Source: Okamejei kenojei (taxonomy: Eukaryota). Taken from it: a DNA stretch of 64,000 nt. Positions 25,728 through 39,254 of this stretch are shown here, piece by piece. The position numbers and the translations under genes are program-made. Location of the stretch: the NCBI GenBank assembly GCA_035221665.1, contig CM069145.1, forward strand, positions 32,054,001 through 32,118,000, given 5' to 3'. The notes beneath the pieces are model-generated. The model was not told where the DNA came from, searched no databases, and saw nothing but the letters and a program-made list of their open reading frames with translations. Numbering within the stretch: the first letter of the stretch is position 1; the number at the start of each line of letters is the position of its first letter.

Positions 25728-26970
25728 GTACGTCCTATTTTAAAGAACTGATTTTTTTGTTGATTTTTTTTCGATCTCATGCCGTCGATATGTTGCCCAT
25801 CAATTTCCTGCTTCCCCCCGCTACCCCGTGACAGATTCTATATTTACGGCTTCTCCGTAGCGCAGCACTTTAATTGTAGTCTTTAGTGAAGGAGACCGAA
25901 AGTTTGACGCAGGAGTTTGCTGTCGGGCCCTTTTCCATCGCTTGGCGGAAAACTGCCCTGCTGTGAAAGTTGTAGAGAGGGGGACGATCCTGGTTGTAAA
26001 TGCCGAAGATTCAGAGGCAAGCAGAGAAGCGGTCGGTGCACGAACGGGTACATAGGTAGGGGATTGAAATTGTTGGCGTATGTACTGGTTGCTAGATTTA
26101 GCCATGGCCGACAGCATTTGCAACACACGGCACTGTACTGCAGCGAATTCGCGTCGACTGTAGAAACACACTCGCGGGCGATTTTCATTTCGTTTCTGAG
26201 TCAGTCTCATTACTAAATATTGAAGGGCCGGGACCCGACGGCGAAGTCTATACAGCGCTTGCAGTCTGGAAAAAAATGCAGATTTCCATAAGTCTGGCGG
26301 TCTCGCCATTCTTGCATTTCCCCTCTCTGCATGTGCCCACATATCCAAGTGAATTATATATAAATGTATATATATAATATATATTTTTTTAAACGGTTTG
26401 TTGTACCAAGTGGAATTGAGATGTGTGAGTTAGAAGAGCGATTGCATTATTTTTCAGGTCGAACGATCCTTAACGCAAATGAATGCATTTGAGAGTAAAC
26501 TAATTATTTTCATCGGTTTTTAGTCATTTTGTCCTTCGTGCAGCAGGTTAACGAGTTAGTCTTGATATAGTGAATAATAACTGACAACTATATCTTGCCG
26601 TTGAGATGTGGTTGTGTTGTGATAAATATGTTTTGTATTTTGGACTCTGTATTCGTTCCGATATACTGACAGTGGTGTATAATGTCCGCTCGACGGATGC
26701 AAATATGTTTATTTGAAGGATGTTATATTAAACGAATTCAACAAAATTAAATCGAAGTTACGTGCAATTTTAAAACATTAGAAATGTAGCGACTATATCC
26801 TTTACGCTTCAAAGTTTACATTGCGGTTTTGAAGCAACTAACTTCGCTGCATACTGGACTCTGGAACCCATAAATGACTTTCAAAACTGCTATTCAGCAG
26901 CACGATTCAGTGACGTTCAGAAACCACCGAACCCTCTTGTTGATTTCCAATTCCAATTCCGATTTTATGA

Positions 26971-27300
<330 letters not shown>

Positions 27301-29046
27301 TAGTCGTTTTTTAACATATCAGGATTCAGAGTTTTCACTGCATTTTTAATATATTTTTAACGGGTTACTTTATGTGAATGGAGATTTATTTAAAACTCGA
27401 ATGAAACCACGCAAGAAGGGCGTTCTGATCAAGTAGATTCGTACACGTTACACTCTGGACAATCCCAGGCGCTATTCTGCAACGGTTTGCTGATTTGTAA
27501 TTTCCCTAAATTGCTCATTGAAATATTTATCAAAATAATGAGGGGGGAATTATGCAATTTTCACGGCGTTGATCACATACAATTAACGTTTAGTGCCAAT
27601 AGGTGATGTTTAGAGATGAACGTTGCCATTCATCTGGTCGAGCTCCGCGCTGTTGCTGATTGTAGTCGCGAATATTAAGAGCCGTTTATTTTGCCCTTTG
27701 GGTTTTGTTCGACATGCATGATGTTTGGGATCCTCGGTGCTGCCACTTAAGAAAAAAAAGGAGTCGCCCAGAAGTACTGATGACATCTGACATTTCACGT
27801 CCCGTTGAATATTTGCATCAGATCATTTCTGTCAGCAAGCTCTTTGCAGTCCCGAAATCTTAATGACAATTGAAAAGTGGAGTGTGCGCAGGTAGAAAAT
27901 AAAGAAGGTGCAAGAGATTTGTGTATGAAATAGGACCAACGCGGGCTCACATTCTGCAAAAGTCTGTGGACGAGCTTCATTTTTAGAAAGCTTTGTGCTT
28001 TTCAAAATCGTCACGGGCAAAACATTGAGCAGGAACAAATAGGTGGCCTTCTCCATTTGCTCGTCGAACAAGGGAGCGGTCAGGCTTAATTTCCTATTTA
28101 ATGTGTTCTTTAAGGTGGCTTTGTGTGACGGCGAATCGATGCTGGCTGGGTGCTTTTGTCTGGGTGGCGGGCTTGGCCTGAACAAACGAGATCCTTTTGG
28201 AGACCAATAGCCTCCCCCTCAATTAGGGAAGAGAGAGAGAGAGAGGTTGTTTTGCATGCTTAGACGAATGGACAAGTGATTTTCAGCGCAAACCCGTGTG
28301 TGTGTTTGAGTGCTCTATATACAAGCACACTGAGACACTGGTGTACCAATCTGTTAATTAACCTAGTATCTTAATGTTCTGAATTTTAAATAATATCACA
28401 GAAAAGTACGCATCACCTGTGCACTTGCTAAGGCAATGTAAAATGCATATAATCCCGTTCCCAAATTGTAATACACTGCCCTTAATGCGAGATTTATATC
28501 GATTTTAGAATATGAACTTGGAGAAATTACAGACATAATAATGATGGGCACCCGTTTTTAAAGTGGAAGCATTGATCTTGTGAAACTGATCGTGAAACGG
28601 CTGTGCGTGTGTTGTTGTTGACTGCGGAGTGCAGCCCTCTTCGCTCGGTGACACTTGTGTACAACTTTGCCGCATCGCAGTCGCTGAGTTGAGATGTTCG
28701 AGTTTGAAACCTGGAAGGAGAATTCGAATTGTTTTGATTGTTTTTTTGCCAACTAATTTGCAGTCAGTGGGCGCCCTACAACATGGGAGGCGAGACTGCA
28801 AACAATACAAGTGTTTGTCCGAAAATGCTATTGCTGTAAAAACGCATGAATGTAATGGGGTGGGTTTGGTGGGGGTAAGAAAATGAAAGGGTGGAAGGTC
28901 AGCAGAATAGGTTCACAGTTCGCACCAGAGGATGGCATCTTTTAGCCTTTATTTTATATAATTAAATAAACACCATTTAAACATTCTCCTCAACCTCCCC
29001 GAGCTAATAGTTACAGTAGAAAACCGTGCAGAATAATATTGCAGAT

Positions 29047-29049
<3 letters not shown>

Positions 29050-29098
<49 letters not shown>
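29050..29098. repeat. (TA)n microsatellite in Emx2 intron 2
   Basis: About 24 TA units. Confidence 0.95.
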
Positions 29099-29103
<5 letters not shown>

Positions 29104-29299
29104 TGTAAGATGAGAACAAATCTCTAACCGATGGGCCCTGAAAAATCCCAAGCGTCAGTCATAATCAAAGATAATGTTTTTTATTGAATCGCACAATATA
29201 ATTCAGGCACCGCTGAAATGTGTATGCAAATATCATTTACTGTTTTATTGTCCAATTTTAATGACCAATTCAGTAGAAACTTTTGAAACTTTTTTTCAG

Positions 29300-29467
29300 G
29301 TAAAAGTGTGGTTCCAGAACAGAAGAACGAAATTTAAACGGCAGAAGTTGGAGGAGGAAGGGACAGATGCACAACAGAAGAAAAAGGGGACCCATCATGT
29401 CAACCGTTGGAGACTTGCGACCAAACAGTCGAGCCCTGAGGAGATCGATGTCACCTCGGACGATTAG
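29300..29467 (+). CDS. emx2: Emx2 coding exon 3 (homeodomain helix 3 and C-terminus)
   Basis: TTTTTTCAG| acceptor; [55 protein letters not shown]-stop. Spliced CDS is 388+185+168=741 nt, 246 aa. Confidence 0.98.
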   Translation, partial: VKVWFQNRRTKFKRQKLEEEGTDAQQKKKGTHHVNRWRLATKQSSPEEIDVTSDD

Positions 29468-29603
29468 AACTGCAAAGCAAAAAAATATGTCAAACTATAG
29501 TGTTACTTTCAAAAACAGCAAGAGTTGCTGTTGTAGAAAAGGAGAAATAAAAACACTTCATCCAAAATGCAATTCCTATGTCGAGACAGCTGGGGTAAGA
29601 AGT

Positions 29604-29617
29604 CCAAGAGGTGGCAC
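29604..29617 (+). promoter_or_regulatory. CTCF-like motif in Emx2 3' UTR
   Basis: CCAAGAGGTGGCAC, near-consensus CTCF core. Confidence 0.4.
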
Positions 29618-30455
29618 TGCGCGTACCGTAAACTGTTCAGAGGCAGCGATCAATCAACTCCGGACAAGAAGGTTGACAAGCGGACTTCTCCATTTTATTG
29701 TAAGGCAGTTCGCTTTCACGCGTACTTCCAATCCAATTCCGGACTTTTTGCACTTCCGAATATCAAATTATAAAGAACTGAATGGAACAAAAATCGAAAA
29801 CCCACACCTGTTTCACAAACTTGAATTGCATGTGAGCCGCTCATGAAAAAGATGGATTACTATAAATACAAAAAATGCGGGACTTTTTTTTTTCTTATTT
29901 GCTTTGAGAGAGGTTCTGTCAGCTGTGTGCTTTTTACAGAAAAATTGCTGTTTAAAAAAAAACTCCTGTTAAATAATTATACCTTCCGGCGTCGACGTGA
30001 TTGTGATACGGCTTTGAGGTAGCGTAAAGTGCTGCGTTTTTGATGTTCACCAAACCAATAAAGAAAGTTAGAAATCTTTCGATTAACAAAAAAGACCAGA
30101 ATTTTGGTCCTTTATTTAAGATAAGAAAAGGGTTTTTTTTTCAATTAAAAGAGAATTCCGGAGTTTTCTTTGTTCATCATTTTGAAGTGAAAACAGAATT
30201 CCCGTGAGGTGACATGGTTTGGCTGAACTTGCTTGCAAGTTGCCACAACAGGACTAGGAGTAAAAGTAATTGGCTATCTCTGGGCGGCTGTGGGTCAACA
30301 AAGCACTGAGCTTGTTATTACGTGTTTATTGCGACACTAAAGTGAAAGATGTCTCTGCAATGTCTTCTATCGAATGTAAATAATTGTGTTTGTTGAGTTT
30401 GTTGCAATTCTAACACATTATACTTCCAAGAAGTATGTCATTGTCATATTTTGTC

Positions 30456-30461
30456 AATAAA
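30456..30461 (+). terminator. Polyadenylation signal AATAAA of Emx2
   Basis: TTTTGTCAATAAAGATTTATC, about 1 kb after the stop codon, with U/GU-rich sequence nearby; a second AATAAA is at ~30057. Confidence 0.7.
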
Positions 30462-31119
30462 GATTTATCCATTTGCTGCTCAGAGTAATCAAAGTAGTGA
30501 GGCATCTATGGGTTTTGTTCAAATATGAAAAATCGAAGTGACCTAACTCCGGTTCATAGTATTGGCTGTTTTTGTTATCTCCTATTTAACTCGATTGATA
30601 TTATTGAATCAATTAATCCTTCGAATTCACAATTTTTTTTTAGCCATGTCAGAACGCGATCTTTCCTCCTTACCAATTGAGTTCGCAAAGATGCAGTCCC
30701 TACTATGCATTGTATTACTAAATATTATATTAAGGGGCCGGTAATGACGGCTGATACTGCATAACTATTTATTATTATTTTTATTTGCGTGAGTTTTGAA
30801 ATGGAACGGTATATTTTATATATAAAAATTGAAGGTGTCTCCCGCGATTAAGTTATTAAACAAATGTCTACGTGATTGGGCGGAATCCAAATCTTCATTG
30901 TTTTGACGTTTTTCCACTCGTGCTTTTTTCATCACTTCAGAAGATAGCAGAGATGCACAAACAAATTAATTTGTCGGCGTTTGACATGTGGCGAAACTGT
31001 ACCGTGCAAGAAAGGGTATAGAATTTTATTAATTTAATTGATATCGCAATTAAAACTGTAGCATTTGAACTGTTTGTAACTAGATCTTGACTACAAAACG
31101 GGTTTCTGAACCAGGCAAT

Positions 31120-31280
31120 GTTTTTCATGGTTCATTTACGTTTCATCCTGATAGACTGCATTAATCAGTTTTATTTCCATTGACAGAAACCTCGTCTGCT
31201 CTGTGTAGCTACAAAGAGTCCTGAAATCTTTTGTGAAAGTGCAAATCAGTTTAAGCAATTATCATACCAGGAATACGAGG
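31120..31280. promoter_or_regulatory. Candidate Emx2 3' forebrain enhancer (Smad/Tcf module)
   Basis: Unique sequence just 3' of the last exon with Smad cores AGAC (31153) and GTCT (31194), Tcf-like TACAAAG (31210), TAATCA (31162) and Meis TGACAG (31181). The mouse Emx2 3' forebrain enhancer is known to depend on Tcf/Smad/Otx sites. Confidence 0.5.
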
Positions 31281-31532
31281 AAAGCGGAGGCAGCGCCACT
31301 GGTTCGTTTAATCTCTTAATCCGCGAATAGAGGGAATAGTTTGACATAACTCAGGACAATCTCACTCGTCGTCACACTGTGATATGGCGCAGTTACAAAG
31401 CGCAGGAAAAATAAGGGCTTTGTTTTAACTCGTGTCTCTAAATTGCACAATTAATTACTGTCCACACGCGTCCACGCAATGGGGGAAACAAGGTTTGTAG
31501 AAACCGATAGCAATGCAAGCTCTCGAGTGCAA

Positions 31533-31533
31533 A

Positions 31534-31578
<45 letters not shown>
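31533..31578. repeat. Poly-G tract
   Basis: About 46 G; other G/C homopolymers at 7534, 7637, 14477, 24637, 40859 and 42379. Confidence 0.9.
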
Positions 31579-31579
<1 letters not shown>

Positions 31580-32069
31580 AATAAAACGCAGTAATGTTAA
31601 AGGCTAATGTACACGAAATAAGATTTATTTGCACATTAAGGACACAACGTCAAGTGTATGGACAGTCAGAGTTCGTGTATTGAAATTGTTCTGTTTTTCG
31701 CTGCCCTTTTACCCTGTCCGGAGTTCGCAGCGATTTTCGAAATATGTATCCAGATGGCTTTGTAGTTTAGATTTGCGCCCCCCCCCCCCCCCCACACACA
31801 CACACACACACATTTTTCTACCATATTCCTTTTTCATTTTCATGCCACCATTCAAGCCATTGCTGTGACGCTGTGATTGTGTCTTTACTGTTGGACCATT
31901 TGATCAACAATATGCGAGGTGCTCCATAGTTCTACAGTATAAAGCTTCGCACTTAAGAACAGCGTGGTCATTTTCCTAAATGGTTTCCCATCTGGATCAG
32001 GGGGAAAAAGGAGCTTCGTCTTGTGCTCTACATATACTTAGCAGGAAGAACGTATAGCGTCCTGCGCAG

Positions 32070-32420
32070 TAACAGCAATAAATCTTTTGAGAATACCATT
32101 AGCTTTGAAAAACCTAAAAGCTTTATTACAAACCGAGCTTTGAAAATAGGGGATTAGGAGGCTGAAAAGGTTCCACAATACTTAGAAGAAAAGGTTTCAT
32201 GCTAATGAGGTTAATGCCCTTTGTATCGCAGGACTACACAACTTCATTACCCGCTATCTCAGCGTACACCAAGCGGCGCTGAGGACTCGCCTGCCGCTGA
32301 ATACACATGAGCTTTCCCTGACCGGCTAAAGAAGGATTTTATACCAGGTCTGTTCAAACTAGATAATTATATCTTTTCAAGTCGGAATTAAGATAAATAA
32401 CTGGAGGATACGCGGCTCGC
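32070..32420. promoter_or_regulatory. Candidate Tcf/Otx enhancer block
   Basis: CTTTGAA at 32103 and 32138, CTTTGTA at 32219, Otx site GGATTA at 32151, several TAAT cores. Confidence 0.45.
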
Positions 32421-32891
32421 CTTGATCCTTGGAAGCAAATTCGGCGCACTTTTCCTAAGCATCAAACAGTGACAGGCCAGTTATCTCATTAGAAGTTTCG
32501 CTACCTTGCCCCGCTGATTCCATTCACTCATTTTAAAGGAACAAAACAACAACAAAAACTGTGCACTAATTATACATCGTGGTCTGGATATTAAAAAAAA
32601 AAAATGTTACCATTATACCTTTCCTGATCATTTTCTTCCGTGTGTTCCAAGCTGTGAAATTAATCGCAAGTAGAGACTCGCAATACTAAAAGGTCGTCAT
32701 TCTTAATTCCTTGTGGTATTGTTTATTGCGTGTTGGCGTGTTAAAGCATCTATTCTTATTGAGCAGACATAGGATTACTATTGCCATTAAAATATGAAAG
32801 AGAATGGGTCGGTCTGCTTGAGATTGTTAATAGAACGGCAGAATGTTCATCATAGTTGCGCTGGATTTGGAGGTGAATATTAATATATATT

Positions 32892-32928
<37 letters not shown>

Positions 32929-34614
32929 CGTGCTTGTGTATGTGGTGACTGCCGCATACTCTACAAGCACCCTTATATTAATACTGTACCTGGTCCCTAG
33001 GGTGTGTACTTTCTCATTCATGTAGGTAGCTTCTTTATTGCATACATGTCGATTTAAGGATGGAGGCGAGAGTGCTCCACTTTGCTGTAATGTACCAATG
33101 GTACATTTTCTGGAGGCAGCCTGAATGAAACCGGTGAAGTGTAAACGCTTCTTGTAAACACAACTTACAACATCACTACATATTTAAAACTGGCTAAGGA
33201 TTTCGCCGCGTTTTATTTGCTAATTTAGTGTCTCCTGTACATTCGCTCCTAAATATAATAGGGGCGTAAAGCAAGATACCACTTTTCAAATTGCCTTTCA
33301 ATTGAGCGTGCATGCAACCAAGACGTTGTTTATGTGATGACTTAAAACTTCTAAAAATGATTTGATTTACGATTTCATTTTCAATCTCTTGGTTCCCCTG
33401 TTCTCGTTTCCTTTGCTAATTATTGTCAAGCACCCCAAGCCTAATTTATATCCGCCCCGCACTGTAAAACATCACGGAAATGAACATCATGACTATAAAC
33501 GTTGTTTATTGGTATTAAGGAATGTATTGCGAAACATGCTCATGAAGAGTGGTTCGTTAGAAAGTAATTTCCCCAACATTCTGGCGTCAGTTTGATGCTC
33601 CTTCTGTCTTCAGTCAGAAACCCAAACCTTGTTCAACAGTTCTGCCGGCTTTCCCTGTTGTATCCTCTGATCAGTATCACTGTTTAGGAACTACTTAGAC
33701 CTCATAGATCAATTGATTTACTTAAAGAAAACAAGCCCGCTGCGATTTGCAAGTGGGAGTTTTGAGAACCCAGTGACCCAAGCACTAACCCTAATCTGTG
33801 AGATACCTGGTCATGGTGGGGCAGCCGATGAGCTAAAACACTTTAATGTCACGGTTTCAAGCAACATCAAAAAAACCCTAATAAATCAACCTTTTCTCAT
33901 TTAATCGATCAGCTGCAATTATCCCAGCAATCCACCAGAGTGAGTTATTAAGAAATGATAGGCATGACTGGAAGAATACCCATTAATTCACTTCCTAATC
34001 TTGCAAAAAAAGGACCATTTGAAAATGAGTTCCATATTTAGCAGCTAATCATATAAAATTCAATCTCATTACCGATCCTAACCTTTTTATAGGATGCAGT
34101 GCCGTGTATATACTGCACTGTAACATTGGCATTCTCTGTAATATTTCCAATCCATCGTTAAATACTTCGTTTATTGTTAACACACACCGGAAAATAATTT
34201 CACAATCAGTTTTAAGTACTTCCATTTTGTCTTAATAGCGCGAGGTTTTACATTTAACATTGCGCACTTAACTTTAAGCTACATTTGACTTGCTGGCATC
34301 CGATCGTTTTGGTTGCAACAAATGATTGTACGGAACGTAGAACACACACAGTAGTAGCAGTGCATCATGCGATTTCCAAACCGGCGCGCTTTGTTAGTTA
34401 TTGCAAAGCGTCGCTATTACTGCACGTTCACAACATCTAACCCAAATATCTAATTCCCCCCATCCTCAGCCCATTTCGCACCCCCGCATTTCTTCCTGTG
34501 GCAGTTATTAAGCAAAGCAAAAAACTTTCGTGAGCTCTCTGCAACCATCATTTATAGCAAGGCATCTATTGCTGTTGATAGACTGACGTCAGGAAGAATT
34601 TGATCCATCCAGTT

Positions 34615-34786
34615 NNNNNNNNNNNNNNNNNNNNNNNNNNNNNNNNNNNNNNNNNNNNNNNNNNNNNNNNNNNNNNNNNNNNNNNNNNNNNNNNNNNNNN
34701 NNNNNNNNNNNNNNNNNNNNNNNNNNNNNNNNNNNNNNNNNNNNNNNNNNNNNNNNNNNNNNNNNNNNNNNNNNNNNNNNNNNNNN
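34615..34786. other. Assembly gap (172 N)
   Basis: Run of N. Confidence 1.
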
Positions 34787-37459
34787 TTATGTTTCCTTAC
34801 TTTGTATATTATTTACGAAGGCTGGCCATTGAAAGCACAAAAATATCGAATTATATGGGGACTTTTCTGATCGGAGTGTCATTATAAATTCAATTGTATG
34901 GGTTTTCATTTGGCAAAAGGCGTATTGGTTGTCTGGAGTCTCCAAGATATTGTGAGTCTGCCTTTAAATTAGTTGGAAGGCATTGCATTTTTTTTCATAT
35001 TAAAGCTGATTATTTCACGAAGTTGTTAACGAAGAGCTAAAATTCACAGCGCTCATTGAAACAATGAGAGTAAACTGTCATCTATATTATATGTTTGTCT
35101 TTCTGTGGTTTTCGCTTATATCACGACTTTTATTTTTTTTAAACAAGTTTCGTCATTGGGAGTGTTATGTAATAAATGTTTCTCTCTCACCATTTTCTGA
35201 CCCGGTGATTATACTTCAAGATTAATTAGGTTGTTGACACCACAGGGTGGATCTTTCACAGTGTAGGCATCATTGTCTACGGATTTCAACGTGGCCTCCA
35301 AAACGAGGGAACGGTCACTCTGACATAAGTGTTTTGATAAAAATGGCCTTGTAGAGGTAGACCATCAGACAGTAACGGTTTCACAAAGGACTAAGACTTA
35401 CACACGTTTACCTGCCTTGTACATTGTTCTTCTGCTCTTTCATCAAGTCAGTACAAGGGCTATAAACAGACCGTTTCATAATTTACATTGATGGCAGAAA
35501 ACGGTCGGGTATTTAAGGCATCTACCGTCATATTTAAGGATTTTTATAAAAAGAACGAAATTGTATGTAGCCGCCGAATGGCATGAAATGTGAAACAGAC
35601 AGACACAGGATGAAGTATAATGTATGGTCAGCGGCTTAATTATTAAAGAAGTTTCTGAAAGCTGCTCAATTAATGGCCGCGGGGAGCCATATTTTATATT
35701 TCAACAAACAACCCGGATACGTGACAGAGCTGGTATAGACCTTGTGGAAGGCGGGGGCAAGTGGTTTGTGCGTCTCCATGGATTGTTTTAGCCAGTGCTG
35801 TTCAACTCACAGAATGAACAGGTTAATGTGGTTTCTCTGGCCTCGGGATCCCGAGGACCACTATTTCTCAGCGGACGCTGCGTATTTATAAGACAGGGAT
35901 AACATTAACTACGTGATTCCTGCTCCCCGCCAATACAAAATATTTCTCGTGAGGTGTTTAGTTTAAAAAAAAATAACGCTCATCCTTATTTTTTGAAGAG
36001 ACTCAAGGCCAAGAGATAGAGACCCACAGCGCCCTATGACACGAATGGATTAACTATATTACCGTTTGATTCTATTAGACGAAGACTAATTGTGTGTGGT
36101 TAAATTATCACCCCGTCCAAAAGTATGGCTTTATTCTTGGCAACCGAAAACACAATCGATCCTAATAAGAAAGTAATCATACTATCAATCAAATCACACT
36201 GGACTAAAACGTTCCTCTTAACCCGAGCATTCTTTTTTTTAGCAGATATCTTAAATACTGTCAAGTGAAACTAGAGGACATCTGTCGATAGTCCCACTTA
36301 TTGGAAAGGCACTCCCGTGTGAATGGCGGGCAACGTCACAGAGCCTTTGGAGCACATATTTCAATTTGCATTTGTTTATTAAATAATCAACGATGCCAAG
36401 AAGTCCCGAACTATTCAAAACATCTTTTTCTTTAAAAGCACCAAAGTCAACACATGGTATATTTTGTGAGATCGCTGCAAGAATTAAGTCATTTATTTAT
36501 CCCGCTCAAAGGCATCTCTTCGAAAAACATCCATAGCAGGCTCTGTCACACGACTATAAGTTATTTTGGAGCAGAATATCACTGGCCGCACATCACAGCG
36601 CTGTTATTATTCATTTGGACATTGCAATGATGAATATTAACAATGCTGGCATTTTACGTAAGTAGATGTATAGATAAAGTAACTCGCTTTAATGTAATGA
36701 AAAACAACAATTGAAGTTCTCAGTGGCGGTTGTCTACATTTGACTCGTTCGACACGCACTAATTGGGCTTGTAAATTGCGGTACTTCTGAAACTACATGT
36801 TCTGTATTGGGAGATGTGCGCCCAATGTACTTATCCGTCTTTAGGTTCGACATTATCTTTGAACGCGCGATCAAACTCGATAGGCAAACTATAAAACTTA
36901 GATCGGCAAGTTGCTTTTCGTCCTCCTTAATTATGCGCTGTTCACGGCATCCCATGTTGATGTGATGTGCAGACTATAATATATTTCTTGAAATATGCTT
37001 GCTACCAAATAGAATTACGTTACAAAACGTTTCCTATACCGTTTTATCCCTTCGCATTATACATGATGGAAAACATGATTCAATATGTTTCAGATATAAA
37101 CAAGTTATTATTGAATTTTTCTGCACTTCTTGTTAAATACAAAAAATAAATAATTGCCTTTTACACACGTTTAAAATAGGTTATTCTTTGTCCAGTGAGA
37201 AAGCACAAAACGTTAGCATCTCCCTATTTTGGAACAGGTGTATGTCAATATGCAAGCATACATGCGTATACCTGCCATTGTTACTTGTGCGCCTCTGGTA
37301 CATGTGCATGCATTCGTGTGAATGGAGTTCGCCCTAAAGTGTATGCGTCCGCGAATGAGTATAAGTGAGTGCATTCGGTTGGAGGTTTGTGCATTCCCGT
37401 ATTATGGACAGAGAGCAAAACACACAGCGCAAGTAATTCTGAACACCTCCGTTTTTGGA

Positions 37460-37553
37460 GTAGACACAAAATGCTGGAGTGACTCGGCGGGACAGGCAGC
37501 ATCTCTGGGTAGAAGGAATGGGTGATGTTTCGGATCGAGACCCTTATTCAGAC
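37460..37553 (-). mobile_element. Penelope-LTR-like repeat
   Basis: GTAGACACAAAATGCTGGAGTGACTC...GTTTCGGATCGAGACCCTTATTCAGAC. Confidence 0.75.
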
Positions 37554-37628
37554 AGTTTTGGAGTGTATGACTCCAGAATTTGGTCAGAATTTCAGACAGA
37601 TGACATCAGCAAATGATCCAGAAGCCCC

Positions 37629-37886
37629 AGTTTAGTTTAGCTTAGAGGTACCGCATGGAAACTGACTCTTCCGTCCAACATCGATTACCAGTTCCATTAG
37701 TTTAATTTATACCACTTTCTCATCCACTCCCTAAACTTAAGGGGAATTTATTTTACGTAGGCCAATTAACCTACGAACCCACACTTGCAGGTGTGGGAAG
37801 AAACCCGAGCACCCGGAGGGAGAACGTGCAAACTCCACACAGATAACACCCGAGGTCAGGATCGAATCCGGGCCTCTGGCGCTGGC
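37629..37886 (-). mobile_element. HE1-like V-SINE
   Basis: (GTTTA)n tail and V-domain GGGAGAACGTGCAAACTCCACACAGA. Confidence 0.8.
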
Positions 37887-39254
37887 ACTGGTGCAAAAAT
37901 AACGAACACTATTATTTCATTATTAGCATCAACTTCTTGCAGTTACAGTAGCATAGAACTCTCATTGGAAATCCCAGTCAAGCAGGCCTAAATGCCCCAG
38001 TGTAATTCGACAGCTGCATTGAAGATGGAGCCGGATTAAAGCGCAGAACCGCACACGACTGTTTGCTAAAATTTGCAGAATGTTGCTCTGCTGATGGTAT
38101 CTGGTCGCCAGGACCGATTGGAGTGTTTAAATTCAGCACATTCTGCCCGGAGATGCCGCCTGTTTAAACATACTGGCTGAAGAAAGCTGATGACGGATTT
38201 CTGTTCAGTAAGTGAGGAATATTTGCCAACATTCAGACAGGGCGATAAATATTTCATTTAACGCCGCAGTGCTATGGGTATGGGTAAAAAAAAACGAGGT
38301 GCTTGACAGAAACGCAAGGTTTATAGAAAATACCAGTGAAGATAAACGCTTGAGACGTAAAGAGTTTGTTTGGGTTGGGGAAAAGATGCGTAATCGGATG
38401 AGGTGTTGAAGGAATGGAAATTGGCGATGATTGGAGGAATCATCGCGGAAATTACAACCCTGTTCCTGAACTATAGGTTGGGGGTGTGAAACTAGCAGCT
38501 ATGCAGTTCGAGTTTAAATACACGTTTTCGTTTGTGAAGTCTTTACATAAGTAATATTGCATTGCACATCATGCAAATGCAATGTGGTTTGTAAGAGGTT
38601 TGAAGCACCAACTTTCATAGGAATAGTTTGAACGTATAACACGCCGGAGCACATCTCCCGTGCAAGCAGTCGTGTGCACTGCAGGCTTCTGCCGTAATGC
38701 TGGCAGGTGACACGTCAGCCGTGACAGAAACGAGGCGACATACAGGTGAGCCCAGAACACGCTCGGCATCTGTTGTCTTCAAGACATTTTGCTAATATAA
38801 AACGGCTTAGCAAGGGCCGCTTACCCATTAATAAGCAGCTAACTTCGCTGTCATGAATCAATTGAGCTTTTGAAATCCCGGAAGCATTAAGATGTACGTA
38901 TAATTATTTTCGGGTGTGCTGTTTAATGGTGGCATAACGGACAGCTGCTGGTCAGACGCACACCCCTCTCCCCAGTGTCCGAAATATGCGGTGGCCCTGC
39001 AAAGCAACCCGAGTCAACTCCATCCAAGCAGACCTGCTTGGTGATGGCGATTGTGTACAAAGAACGGTGAGTGCCATCCATTAGAACAAAACTAGCGGAA
39101 AGTTGATGCTTGATAGAAGATTGGGGCCTTGCATAAACATTAAGCAATCAGCATCCTTTCACGTCCAAATACACGGCAGGAACGTTGAGAACGATTACTC
39201 CTTCCATCTCCCATCCTCAACATGGAGGTTTACCAGGGAGACTCCCAGACTTGT

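Larger units (their letters stand above)
29468..30480 (+). other. emx2: Emx2 3' UTR (predicted)
   Basis: Follows the stop codon; AU-rich; ends shortly after AATAAA at 30456-30461. Confidence 0.7.

Noticed and set aside
25262-25831. 189-aa ORF as the full Emx2 exon
   Set aside because: It starts at a TTG upstream of the real ATG (25340) and reads past the splice donor at 25728 into intron 1.
29297-29305. CAG|GTAAAA as a recursive splice site
   Set aside because: GTA AAA encodes the conserved homeodomain V-K; coding constraint explains it.
34600-34887. ORF spanning X residues
   Set aside because: Artefact of the N gap.
35841-35856. Perfect 16-bp palindrome CCTCGGGATCCCGAGG
   Set aside because: About one palindrome with 8-bp arms is expected by chance in 64 kb; no supporting context.
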